Origin: Lama guanicoe
Taxonomy: Eukaryota
Assembly (NCBI GenBank): GCA_013239625.1
Contig: MU053482.1
Coordinates: 2,457,168 to 2,521,167 of the forward strand
Direction of reading: 5' to 3'
Length of the DNA stretch: 64,000 nucleotides
Shown: positions 1-11,774 of the stretch, piece after piece
Layout of the letters: each line of letters starts with the position of its first letter
Numbering within the stretch: the first letter of the stretch is position 1
Notes under the pieces: model-generated
What the model was told of the DNA's origin: nothing
Databases searched by the model: none
Seen by the model: the letters and a program-made list of their open reading frames with translations, nothing else
Position numbers and translations under genes: made by a program

Positions 1-190
1 TGAGGAACTGCAATACTAATTACCATAGCAGCTATACCATTTTACATTCCCACCAGCAATGCACAAGGATTCCAATTTCTGCACATCTCACCTAAACTTA
101 CTGTCTGTTTGTGTTTTGTTTTAAATAATAGCTATCTTAATGGATGCAAAGTAGTGGCTCATTGTGGGTTTTGGAATTGGATTTTCTATT
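1..190 (-). mobile_element. L1 fragment (ORF2 3' end), truncated by the window edge
   Basis: ccattttacattcccaccagcaatgcacaaggattccaatttct is a typical antisense L1 motif. Confidence 0.8.
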
Positions 191-461
191 ATTTATAGCC
201 CCCAAATATTCCTATTCAGTTCCAGATAAGCCTCCATTAGGAAACTTTGGCTAGGTAGCAAGTAATCCTCTGAATGAGGTGGGAGAAAGATAGTTGGGTA
301 GGGTCGAATCCTCTTGGATTCTGAGTAACAAATAATTGTTTTATTCACAAAGTTGTTGCCAGGACTCTTTTATTTCTTCAATGGTTCTGAAAACTGCACC
401 AACATTCTTTTGCTTACAGAGGATTAAAATTCCTCCAATAAATTTTTACTTAAAAATGATA

Positions 462-672
462 ATAGTTAACATTTGCATTAACTAAATACTAAATGTCAGA
501 CACTAAGTACTTCTCTTGTAACCCTCATAGAAACTTTGTGAAGTAGATATCATCATGATCCTTATTTTACAGATATAGAAAATGAAATGAAGAGAGGTTA
601 AGTAACTTGCTAGGAGGTGGCAGACCAGGACCCAATGTCAAGATGTCTGACATCAGATCCTCCTTAACCACT
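462..672 (-). mobile_element. MIR SINE
   Basis: ttttacagat...agagaggttaagtaacttgc, MIR core on the minus strand. Confidence 0.75.
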
Positions 673-899
673 GCTCCACCAAGCCCGTAAGTGTACCAGG
701 CATTATGTTAGAGAGCTACAAAGATGAATTGGAAGCAAACTCTGCCCTCAAAGAGCTTACAGTCTAGCAGAAAAGAGACATAATGAGTAATCCTCAACAC
801 CTCTCTCAAAATATAAATACGATAATTCTTGTTTAAAAACTTTTGGCACTCCCCTGATTGTATTACCTGTATTACCTGTACCATAGACCAACCTCATGG

Positions 900-2090
900 G
901 CAAGACCAGTTCGTAATTTTCAAAGCCCAGTGCAAAATTAAACTGCAAGGCTCTGGGGGAAGGGTATAGCTCAGTGGTAGAGTGCATGCTCAGCATGCAC
1001 AAGGTTCTGGGTTAAATCTCCAGTACCTCCATTAAACAAACAAACCAACCAACCTAGTTACATCCTTCCCTCCCCCCCGCCCCCCACACACACAAAAGCA
1101 AGGCTCTTTATTCAAAAAAGGGGGAGAAGTTTCATTAAAGCTATTAAAAATAATTTTTCCTTTAAAAATATTTTATAGGGGTAATAGTGATACATGACTA
1201 ACAATATAAACTTAACAAATTGCAAAAATAACATTTTAGTGTCATAATTTTATAGAATGCAATAAATAATAATACCTTATTAATGTGATATCTTGATTGA
1301 CCATAAGATTTTCTTCTGGCTTATTTTTTTGAAAATTCATTTATTAGGTTGTTAAATTTATACTTTTGGAATCTTTATTTTCAATCAATATAATCAAAGG
1401 GACATCAGTCATTCTTGGCAAATGAAGGATCAAATAATTTTTGGTCATTTTTAATTCTGAGAAGAATCTTTCTACTGATGCAACTATTACTGAATATGTT
1501 AAGAATATTTTATAAACTATAACACACTGGAATAAATTTTTGATAAATTATTTTGAAATACATATTTTAGTACATGTGGAGCTGATGAGTCTCGCAGATT
1601 TTTTTTCTAAAAAGCTTTAACTCTTCAAACAAATCACTCTGGGGTAAATCTGAATTTAATTTTAAATGCAAATGTATACAATGGCATTTCAATGTTTTCT
1701 TTGACATTTTCTATTTAAGATCATATAAGAAACCGAAAGTGGCTTCATGATTTGTGTGTAATTCAAAACACCTGTTTATGTATTCATTACTGTATCTTCA
1801 GTTACAAGGAAAAATTAATTTTAAATTGTCTTCTTTGTTAATAATTGGTTAATATGAAACTTCATATGAAAATAGTGTTCTTTTTCATGTAACGGAATTT
1901 TTATCTTTGGTTTCTATTTCTCAGCCTGTGGATATTTGCCTTGTAATGTTGTGGTAGTTTTAAAAATCAGAGATTCTAAACTCTTCGAAGAATTCTAGTA
2001 ACTCCCTGCTATGCTTGACTGCCACATGCACGTGTTTGCTTTTCTTTTGTAATAATTTACTGACAAAGTTTACTGCCTGAATTTTGGCAA
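900..2090 (-). mobile_element. hAT (Tip100/Zaphod-like) DNA transposon fossil with decayed transposase
   Basis: Minus strand ~1520-1430 reads IVYKIFLTYSVIVASVERFFSELKMTKNYL (hAT C-terminal dimerisation motif); terminal gcccagtgcaaaattaaa...ttcaaaaa resembles a Zaphod/MER115 end. Confidence 0.8.
955..1097 (+). mobile_element. tRNA-derived SINE (Vic-1-like, camelid) inserted in the hAT fossil
   Basis: A box tagctcagtgg, B-box-like ggttaaatctc, A-rich/C-rich tail; TSD gcaaggctct at 945-954 and 1098-1107. Confidence 0.9.
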
Positions 2091-2449
2091 TTCCTATCCC
2101 AGTGCTCAGGCCAGAGTTAATACTTGTGCAGACACCATGGGAATATGCTCTGTGGATGGACAGGCCACATGGGTCTCAGAGGTGCCCCCAAGCAGAGACC
2201 CTCCTTTCTTCTTGCTGCTGCCCGTCTGGGCTCTATATTGGGATATGAGTGAGTTTTATTATTCTCACAGTAGGGAAGCCATAGATACTATCTAAAAAAA
2301 AAAACAAAACAGAGATTGAAGGATATCATACAAGGTTTTAATTTATTTAGAAACCCAAGATTTCTAAATAGCAGAAGAGCCACGTGCACGAAACTGGCCT
2401 CAGAAGAGAGAGAAATGATGGAGATCAATTTGAATAGAAGAAATAGAGA

Positions 2450-3290
2450 AGGCTGTCAAAGAGCTACCCTACTTCTTATAAAAGCAGCAGAACCAGATAA
2501 TTTAACAGGGAAAATCCTAATAAACTTTTAAAGAACAAATCATTCTAATATTTTTCAATTGTTCCAGAGCATAGGAAAAAAGTTCAAATTCTTTTATGAA
2601 GGAAGTATATACCATTAATGCCCAAACTAATAATATTGTACACAAAAAAGGAAACTATAAAATCAATGTCATTTATGACTACCAATAAAAAAACTCTAAA
2701 CAAAAAATTAGCAATCAAAATTCAGCATCATAACTAAGGGGGATATATTTCAGGATGCAAAGATGCTTATGAAATTGACATACATAATTTGTCATATAAA
2801 TAGAATTGAGGAGGAAAATCATATGATCATCTTCATAGATTGTAAAGGGCATTTTAAACAAGCATCCTTGATTAAAAAAACATTCAATAACACAGGGACA
2901 GATAGTTTTTTAACATGAAAAAATCAGTTCACAAAGGAATAATCTCTTTCATATGTAAAGAGCCAACAGATGTCAATAAGTAAAGCCCATTAACCAACAG
3001 AAAATAAGCAAAGGACATGAATTAAAAGAAATATAAGTTAATCTTAAACATGGAAAAAAAATCCAAAGTTTGATAACACAGTCTCATGGCAAATCTAGGG
3101 AAACAGGCATTTCATACATTAGTGATGGGAGTGTATATTAACGTAAGTTCTACAAAAAGCAGCCTTAAAATATCTATTTAAATTATATAAATAAATACAT
3201 TTAATACAGATTGACTCTTATATCTGCAAAATGGCATACATACAAAGCTATTCATTGTAGCATTGTTTGTAGCAGCAAAAGATTAGGCTA
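2450..3290 (+). mobile_element. Old, fragmented L1 ORF2 remnant
   Basis: A-rich, with L1 motifs such as aattcttttatgaaggaagtat and atcatatgatcatcttcatagat. Confidence 0.7.
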
Positions 3291-3378
3291 CCTAGACAAC
3301 AGATTACATCTTTTAAATTCTTGTGGCCACATTTTTAACTATTGCCTAAAGCCTGTGGGAAGAGAATGGGCAAACAAA

Positions 3379-3402
3379 ACACACACACACACACACACAC
3401 AC
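3379..3402. repeat. (AC)12 microsatellite
   Basis: Seen directly. Confidence 0.95.
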
Positions 3403-4289
3403 TCTTTGGTCAGTCATTAAAATCATCATACAAGATTACTGATGTTAGAGATGCTGTAATCCTTTGAAATTAGCTCAGAGAGCCTATTAATAAGATAAGA
3501 TGTGACCTGTGACTCCTTATAATTATCCATTTTGCAGTTTTATTGCAGGTCACTAGCTATGCCCTTTCATTTATTAATAGGTCAACACAAGCCAGTTTGT
3601 CAATTATTTCTTATTTCTGAAATATTGTTCAACAAAAAAAAAGAAAAGAAAGAAAACAGAGCTCATATATCTTGTATCAAAAACTGGGCCGTATATGCAA
3701 TAGAAGCAGAGACTTTACAATTATGTAAATACATTCATAGGAAAAATAAGACCTTGCTTCCATCTTACTACCATGACACCAAAGGGACGCTGATAAAGTT
3801 TTTACATGAACATGTATTAATTTTATAATTAAGAAAAGAGAAGAATTTCAAAACGTAAATGTGTATATGCTGAGTGTGTAGAGAGACTTGAATGCTAACT
3901 CTGAGCATCTCTGATAGGTCACGTTAACCTCTCAGAGTCTCAGTTTCCCCATGTGTAAACTGAGGGTAATCATACCTGCTTCGCAGTGGATATGATGAGT
4001 TTTGTGAGTACAGAGCACAGGCTCTGGCAGAATGGACACACAGTAAAACAGATTTTCATCCCCACACACCCAGTGTGTGAAGGCAGGACCCACAGAAGCC
4101 AAGCCTGTCTGGTGCCCTATCGCCTGACTTCCTCTATTTGGTCTCTTCTGTGGCTGTGCCAAAGCACAAGTACTTGCCCTTGCTTGTTGGGAGAAACCTG
4201 GCTATTAATCCATACCCATGGTGTGATTATAATTAGGAAACCTGGAATTTGGGGAGATAAGCTAGTTCCATCCAGATCCCAGAAGGGTG

Positions 4290-4930
4290 TTTCCCTTATT
4301 ATGTTAGTGAGAAGGTTTCAGTGTAGGAAACTGAAATGACTCTGAAAGTATATAACAGGGAGAATTAAGCATTTACAAAATGTTTGGAGGAGCTGAAGCG
4401 GTGAGACCTAGCCTTCAGGAACAATTCCCAGACCTAACCAACCAGTGAAGACACTACTTCTGCACAATCAGGGAAAACCTCAAGAACTCTCCAAGTAGCC
4501 ATGAATTCAGACACTTGAGCTTGAGTTCTATCACTTATTATCTACATTTCCTTGGACAAGTTACTTAACCTCTCAAGAATCAAGATGAGGAAGTTCCATC
4601 ACAGCAACTGCTTCTCAACACCTGGAAATTGGTTGTTAGACTTATCTCCACAGCCTTGTTCATGAGCAAAACCAAAAAAGCCAAAAGCAGTTGGGAAATA
4701 GCCTCTGCCTCACCCCTACTTTTCAAATCTCACATAAGTACAATTTTCATTGGCAGGATGTAAGTCACATTCAGGACCCTAGCTGCAAGAGAGCCTGGAA
4801 ATGCTGTTTATGCTGGGTTGTTGGTTTTCGTTCTTTTTTTTTTAAGCTTGTCATACTATGCAGTGCAGAAAGGCATTCTAGAAGGATTTGGAAGTCAGTG
4901 GTGACTAGTAAAGAAACATCCATCACAAAG
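4290..4930. mobile_element. Old MaLR (MLT1-like) LTR remnant, interrupted by a MIR fragment near 4520-4575
   Basis: cattggcaggatgtaagtcacat...ccctagctgcaagagagcctggaaatg resembles old MLT1 LTRs; limits approximate. Confidence 0.5.
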
Positions 4931-5424
4931 AGAAGTATTTAGTTCCTGGGGAGTTGGGAACTAATTTCCCTGCCAACACCAGTTTGTGCTACAGGGCCTC
5001 CAAGAGTAGTCAAGGCTTAACTCATTGTGCTCATTGGAAAATGTAGTAGACATTTTTTGTTGCCTCTCAAGCATCCATCACCTATTATCTCCTCCTAACA
5101 ATGCATAGATTTTCATTCATTCATTTCATTCATTCCTCTAAGCAACCTATGTACTTTGGAAAACTGACTCCAATTCCATCTGCAAGTGTGCCCTCACTGG
5201 CTTAGATAAATCAGAACATTCTATCTTCTTGATCATAGTTGTTGGTACAAGGGTAAGTCTCCCCCAAAAGAAGTAACTTAAAGGGCATTTTCCCTCTCCA
5301 CACAGGATCCAAATGGTGAGAGTATAATTTACAATTTATTATTTTCAGCTATAGATTTCTTTGCTAGTGCTTGTTCTTCATCCACTCCTACATCCACTTC
5401 TTCTTCATCTTGCTCTCTGTCTTC

Positions 5425-5885
5425 TGTATATATGTAAAATAGAACATTATTCAGACTTAAGAAACAAGGAGATCCTGCCATTTGTGATAACACTGATAAA
5501 TCTGGAAGACAAATCTGTATCTGGTTTCACTTAGAACCAGATACAGATAGAAAAATACTGCATGATCTTACTTACATGTGGAATCTAAAAAAGCTGAATG
5601 AGTAAAGGGTGGTTAGCAAGGGCAGGGACATGGGAGAAATGAGGAGATGTTGGTCAAAGAGTACAAAGTTACTGTTATGTAGGATGAATAGGTGAAGAGA
5701 TCTAATGTACTACATGATGACTATTGTTAACAACACTCTGTTATATATTGGACATTTGCTTTTTTTTCTTTGCTTTTTTTTCATTTTTCAGTTCCATTAG
5801 GTAGAATTGTTACAATTTGACTGCACATATAGACATTTGCTTTTAAAAGTAGATTTCAGGTGCTCTCAACACATACACAAAACTC
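5425..5885 (+). mobile_element. L1 3' end (L1MA-type)
   Basis: gaaacaaggagatcctgccatttgtgataacac...gtggaatctaaaaaagctgaa...gatttcaggtgctctcaacac. Confidence 0.85.
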
Positions 5886-5889
5886 AAAA

Positions 5890-6610
5890 ATTTATATTTA
5901 TCAAAATTCACCATTAACAGAGTAAAGGTAAACCACAGAATAGAAGAAATTATTACAATATATATTACCAACTAATAGTCATATCCAGAATATGTAAAAA
6001 ATCATTACAAGTCAATAAGAAAAAGATAGATAAATCAATACAAAAATGAGCCAGAAACTTGAGTGGGTACTTCATCCAAAAAGATATCCAAGTAGCCAAT
6101 ACACTTATGAAAAAGTAATGAATATCATCAGCCATTATGAAAATGCAAATTAAAACTACAATGAGATACCATTGCACTCCTACCAGAATGGCTAAAAGTA
6201 AAAAGATTGATGGTGCCAAGTGTTGTGTAGAGTACAGAGCAAGAACAGCACACATACCCTGTTGGTGGGAGTAAAAATGGAAAGAACTGCTTTGGAAAAG
6301 ATCTTGACACATGCTGCCTACCAGTAATACCTCTCCTACATATATATATATACTCAGCAGAAATGTATGCACATTTTCACCAAAAGACTCTATGGTAATG
6401 TTCTTAGCACCATTATTTAGAAAAACCAAACACTGGGAATAGCCCAAATGACCATCAACAGCAGAATGGATAAACGACTTCATACTATACAGTACAGTCA
6501 TACTACTGAGTAGTTAAAAATGAATGAACTTCAGCTACATTTTTTAAAAAAGCTAAATCTCACAAAGGTCATTTTGAACGGAAGAAACCATACACCAAAG
6601 AGAACATACT
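5890..6610 (+). mobile_element. Old L1 ORF2 3' end / 3' UTR (resumes near 7420 and 8055-8260)
   Basis: gaaaatgcaaattaaaactacaatgagataccattgcactcctaccagaatggctaaa. Confidence 0.85.
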
Positions 6611-7418
6611 GAGCATGGAGATTCCTTACAAAACTAAAAATAGAGTTACCATATGATTCAGCAATCCCACTCCTGGGCATATATCCAGAAAAGACAAAAA
6701 CTCTAATTCAAAAAGATACACGTACCCCAATGTTCATAGCAGCACTATTTACTATAGCCAAGGCACGAAGCAACCTAAATGCCCATTAACAGATAACTGG
6801 ATAAAGAAGTTGTTGTATATTTATACAATAGAATACTACTCAGCCATAAAAAAGAATGAAATAATGCCATTTGCAACAGTATGGATGGATCTAGAGATTA
6901 TCATACTAAGTAAGTCAGATAGAGCAAGATAAATATCATGATATAATTTATATGTGAAATCTTAAAAAAGACACAAATGAAAAAAAAATAAAGTAAACCT
7001 AATTGGGGAGGGCATAGCTCAGCAGTAGAGTACCTGCTTAGCATGCACGAGGTCCTAGGTTCAATCCCCAGTAACTCCATTAAAAAAATTTATTTTTAAA
7101 TGACACAAATGAACTTGTTTACAAAACAGACTCACAGAGACAGAAAACAAACTTATGGTTACCGAAGTGGAAGGGGGGAGGGATAAATTAGGAGTTTAGG
7201 ATTAGCAAATATAAACTACTATATATAAATTAGATAAACAACAAGGACTTACTATACAGTACAGGGAACTATATTCAATAGCTTGTAATAACCTATAATG
7301 AACAAGAATATATATACATATGTATGTATAACTGAATCACTATCCTATACACTAGAAACTAACACAACATTGTAAATCAACTATATGTCAATTTAAAAAT
7401 TTTAAAAATAAAAATAAA
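6611..7418 (+). mobile_element. Younger cetartiodactyl/camelid-type L1 3' end nested in the older L1
   Basis: ccatatgattcagcaatcccactcctgggcatatatccag...cagggaactatattcaata...aacattgtaaatcaactat plus A tail. Confidence 0.88.
7005..7101 (+). mobile_element. Vic-1-like tRNA-derived SINE inside the L1 3' end
   Basis: ggggagggcatagctcagcagtagag...ggttcaatccccagtaactcc; flanking direct repeat gacacaaatgaa at 6970-6981 and 7102-7113. Confidence 0.9.
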
Positions 7419-7464
7419 GATGACACACTGTATCATTCCATTTGTTTGCAGTTAAAGAATGGAC

Positions 7465-8053
7465 CAGTAGTTCTCAGCAGCATCAGCAGCACTTGGTTAC
7501 TTGCTAGAAATAAAAATTCTTGGGCTCCAACATAGACCTACTACAATTAGTCTTCGACAAAGGAGGCAAGAATATACAATGGAGAAAAGACAGTCTCTTC
7601 AGCAAGTGATGTTGGGAAAGTTGGACAGCTGCATGTAAATCAGTGAAGTTAGAACACTCCCTCACACCATACACAAAAGTAAACTCAAAATGGCTTAAAG
7701 ACTTAAACATAAGACAAGACATGATAAACCTCTCAGAAGAAAACATAGGCCAAACATTCTCTGACATAAATCTTAGGAATGTTCTCCTGGGGCAGTCTAC
7801 CCAGGCAATAGAAATAAAAGCAAAAATAAACAAACAGGACCTAATTAAACTTACAAGCTTTCGTACAACAAAGGAAACCATAAGCAAAACAAGAAGACAA
7901 CCTACAGAATGGGAGAAAACGTTTGCAAAGGATGTGACTGACAAGGGCTTAATTATATAATACATAAACAGCTCATACAACTTAATATGAAAAAAAAGGA
8001 GCACAAACCCAAAATCCTCCAGGTGATTCTGATGCACACTAAAGCTTGAAAAC
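7465..8053 (+). mobile_element. MER5A-like hAT MITE split in two (7465-7542 and 8016-8053) by an L1 ORF2 fragment
   Basis: cagtagttctca...cagcagcatcagc...agacctact on the left; cctccaggtgattctgatgcacactaaagcttgaaaac on the right. Confidence 0.8.
7543..8015 (+). mobile_element. Young internal L1 ORF2 fragment (~470 bp)
   Basis: ORF 7643-7960 LTPYTKVNSKWLKDLNIR...DLIKLTSF...RQPTEWEKTFA is L1 ORF2p C-terminal sequence. Confidence 0.92.
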
Positions 8054-8269
8054 AAAATTGATTTATGGTGTTAGAAGTTAAGATAGTGATTTTTTGACAG
8101 GAGGTGGGGAGTGGTGATGAATGAGAGGTTGCAGGTAATGGTAACAATTTAGTCTTTGGCCTGAGTGGGAGTCATGCAGGTGTTTCCAGTTTCTGATGAG
8201 TCACTGAGCGAAATGCACGCTTGTGACTTGTGCACTATGCTTTTTATGTGTCAGGTTTCATTTCTTTTA

Positions 8270-9870
8270 AAACTCACTAGAAAAGTGCTAGATAACAAAA
8301 TGGAGGAAATCTTCCAAAAATAAAAACAAAAAGATGGAAAATGAGTGAGTGGTAAGATGAGGTACAGAATATACAGTGTGTCAATAATAGACATTCCAGA
8401 AAAAGTAAACAGAAAAAGGAGAGGAAAACATCCAAGGAATAATTTAAGAACATTTCCTGGGAATGAAGCCCATGAATTTCCAAAAGAATTGTAAGGGCCC
8501 CTCAAGTGCCTACAATGGAAAGAAAATACGCACACACACGTAGGCAAATTTTATCATCAGAAACAAAAAAGAATCCACAAGCTTCCAAAAGAGAAAAGCA
8601 GGTCTCATACAAAAACAAGAAAAAAGCAGAGTAATTTTGGACTTGTCAGTAGCGAGGCTGGAAGCTAGAAGGCATAAGGCAATGCGTTTAAAATTGAGAA
8701 AAAGTATTTCCAAGCCAGAAGTCTACATTTTTCCAAACCAGGAATCTGTAAGAACAGAATAACAACATTTTCATTTAAGTAAGATCTCAAAAAATATATA
8801 ACCCACTACTGTACTTTCAATAGTATGGATGTTACTGGAAGATATGCTCCACTAAAACAAAGGAGTAAACAAAGAAAGAAGAAGGCATGGAACACAAGAA
8901 AACACAATATCCAGTACAGGAAAGTCCAGTGACCAGAACCTCTATACAAAGGGACGCCCTGAAGCCCAGCGTGCTGGTGAAAGGAGAGCCCAGGACAACA
9001 GCCACCCCAGGAGCCACCAGTCCAGCCCAGTCCAAGGGTTCAGGAGAGACTTATTTAAGAAGATAGGAATGCATTGAATATCTGGTACAGACTAATGCAT
9101 TGAGAGGAGATTTTGACAAGTGGCCAAAGATTTGGCATTAAATTAGTGATTAATGCAAGGGAACAAACACTGCAGGGACCATTCCGAAGTTCCACTCTGG
9201 CTCCAAAGCTCCCAGGGCATCAGTCAAGGCTGTGATCAGCCTGCATGGCAGTCTGACCTCTCTCTCCCAAATCCTCAGTCCGTCTGCTTTCCCTCTATGC
9301 ACAGGTGTTGATGCTCAGGGCACTCCCTAACAAACATCCTACACACTAAGATCCATCTCAGAGTTTGCTATCTGGAAACCCCAACCTGCAACACAAAACA
9401 ACTCGAGAGACATGAACGTTTATGGAGGAAAGGACAATCCATCATATTTTACAACACCACGAAGCTGTCAACAGTGTTTACATAACCATAATAATGTAAA
9501 CTCTACGTGTTGATCTAACCGAAACTACCATATCACTCTATCAGGACATGAGAAAAAGGAGATGTGTATGTGTCCTGGGAATATAGGAGGAAAATGAGGT
9601 AAATCTTTAATTTCCATAGCAAGCAATAAAGAAACAATACCTACGATGAAAAATCAACAAGTAGCAAGTCTAGGCAGTTGTTCAGAGGCACAGGAGTAAA
9701 TACCCAAATAATTAGCTTAATAGGAGGTGAAAGTGGTTGCCTTTGCTCCTGGGCAAAGAGGGAAAGTGGGTTAGGGATTGTTATTTTTCATAGCAAGTTT
9801 TATAGAATTATTTGACTCTTCAAACTATGAACATGTCTAACTTCCATGACACAGCTGAAATAAAAACATT
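8270..9870 (+). mobile_element. Old L1 ORF1-like / HAL1-like remnant
   Basis: A-rich decayed ORF1-like sequence (gacttgtcagtagcgaggctggaagctagaagg...ttccaagccagaagtctacat); limits approximate. Confidence 0.6.
9170..9393 (+). mobile_element. ERV-L LTR (LTR16-like), 3' portion
   Basis: caggtgttgat...gcactccctaacaaacatcctacacactaagatccatctcagagtttgc...ccaacctgcaaca resembles the LTR16A end. Confidence 0.75.
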
Positions 9871-11384
9871 AAGATTTGGTTGTGTGATCAGGTGGGTCTG
9901 GTATCTCCATACAAGATACCACGCAGCCCCTAGAAGTGATGCCAAGATGAATATTTACTGAAATGGAAGGATACTCATAATACCATGTTAAGTGGAAAAA
10001 ACAGACTTCAAAATGATGTGCACATTATATCTTACTTTAAAATTTAGATACAGAAGTTATACAAATGCATAGAAAATAGTCTGAAGGTACATACACCAAA
10101 ATGTTTGGAGTTACTCTCTTTACATGGTGATGAATGGAGGAATTTTTATTTTCCTCCATTTGTTTATCTTGTAGCTCAAGCCATCTCTGTATCCCCCAGT
10201 TTTCCAGTCTCATAGGATCACCCGTTAACATTTAAATAAAAATGGCTGAAACCTTTATCCTATATACTAGGGAAAGCATATAGCAACTATAATTATATGT
10301 AAGCAAATATATATATAGATATATATATATGGATATATATACACACAAATTCCAATGCCCTCCTCCAACACTGGTGCAAATTTCCAGATGCCTAGTTCTC
10401 ATGTTTACTTCAATTTCCTCTTCCTGCCACTCTGGGTTTCCCTGGCATCCCACTTTCTGCAGCTGTTCCCCTCTCTCTGTCCCAAGTTAACACAAATATG
10501 GAACACTGTCCCTTTTCCTTGGTTTCTCCAAAGAATATCTTACCCGAGGCACTGCTGAGGGGCTATAGCTCTGCATAGTGCAGTAGACGACTTAAAGTCA
10601 GCAGGAGCATTCCTGTTCCAGTGTGTCCTGGCTGACTCTGCTTCTGGGGGATTCTCAGTGGACATTCTCTTCTCTGATCCCTGCCTCTCACCAGGTGGCT
10701 GGGTCTCTCTGGATACCCTTGCTTCTGCCCCAGGGCCCCACTCTGGAGCCTCACCTTCCACCAAAACACCAAATCCTTCAGGTCCTTCGTTTCCCTGTGC
10801 AGAGTATGAGACCACCCTCATGGAACGTGCTTTTTCCAGCAGGAGTATCTTCACCTTTAATATCCAAAAGACCTTCAAGCAGTCTTTAAAAAGTCACCTC
10901 CTCCAGCATGAACGAGCAGCCAGAGCCGGTTCTTCTGTTTATCTTTCCAATACATGTCTAATTGCTATGCATTTTCTGTAATGACTCTGTATTGCTTTTG
11001 TAATTAAATTATTTTCAGTAAGAGAAGCACCATGGATGTTCGGAGTTCAGGCCATGAGCAAGCATAAATGTCAAGTCCCAGGACCCCAGTAACTACCTGC
11101 AAGCTCCTGCTCCATGCCAGGCTGAGGAGATGCTCATTAGGGTGGTTGGGGTGTGAAGGCCACAGCAGGCCCAGAGTTCCATGGGGCTGCTGAGCCCAGT
11201 ATGGGCTGGTCAGCAACAGGACCCCAAGGAGACATATTGCCAATGCAGTCAAGGTGAGGACCCTGCCGCCCCAGCTGACCATGACACCTGCCCCTATCTT
11301 CTCTGTTGATATCATCAGCCAAGGCCTGGCACAGGTGCAGCCCCTTCCCCTGGAAGCCTTCCCTGAGAGCCTCTCTCTCAGCAG

Positions 11385-11560
11385 CTCTGCTACTTATCAG
11401 CTGTGTGGCAAGTTAGTCCAACTCACTTATGCCTCAGTTTTCCTCATCTGTGAAATGGGGATAATAACATTTGAGCAATACTCGTAAAGTATTTGAAATG
11501 GTACGTGGCTCAGAGTTAGGACTCCATAATGTTAGCGATCATCACCATCACCATCATTAT
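11385..11560 (+). mobile_element. MIR SINE
   Basis: gcctcagttttcctcatctgtgaaatggggataata. Confidence 0.8.
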
Positions 11561-11774
11561 TGTCACTGTGTCCTTGGACTCTGCCTTTGACCAAGACATC
11601 ATATGGGCATGTGTGGGAGGCTGCCTGAAGGAGAGCCTGGTATGACTTCTCTGTTCTCATCACAGCCAGCACAGGCACCAGCATGGAACTCATCCTCAAC
11701 GTCTATTTGATTAAAACCCTGGAGAGAAGAAACAGGCCAGCTAAGAAACTACACATGAACATTACCTGCCCTGA

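Noticed and set aside
955..1030. tRNA-like sequence (also at 7005 and 58290-58360)
   Set aside because: These are SINE heads: they have A-rich tails and TSDs and lack a proper acceptor stem.
5965..6501. 178 aa hydrophobic minus-strand ORF (also 7504-8055, 183 aa)
   Set aside because: Antisense reading of A-rich L1 ORF2 sequence, a well-known source of spurious ORFs.
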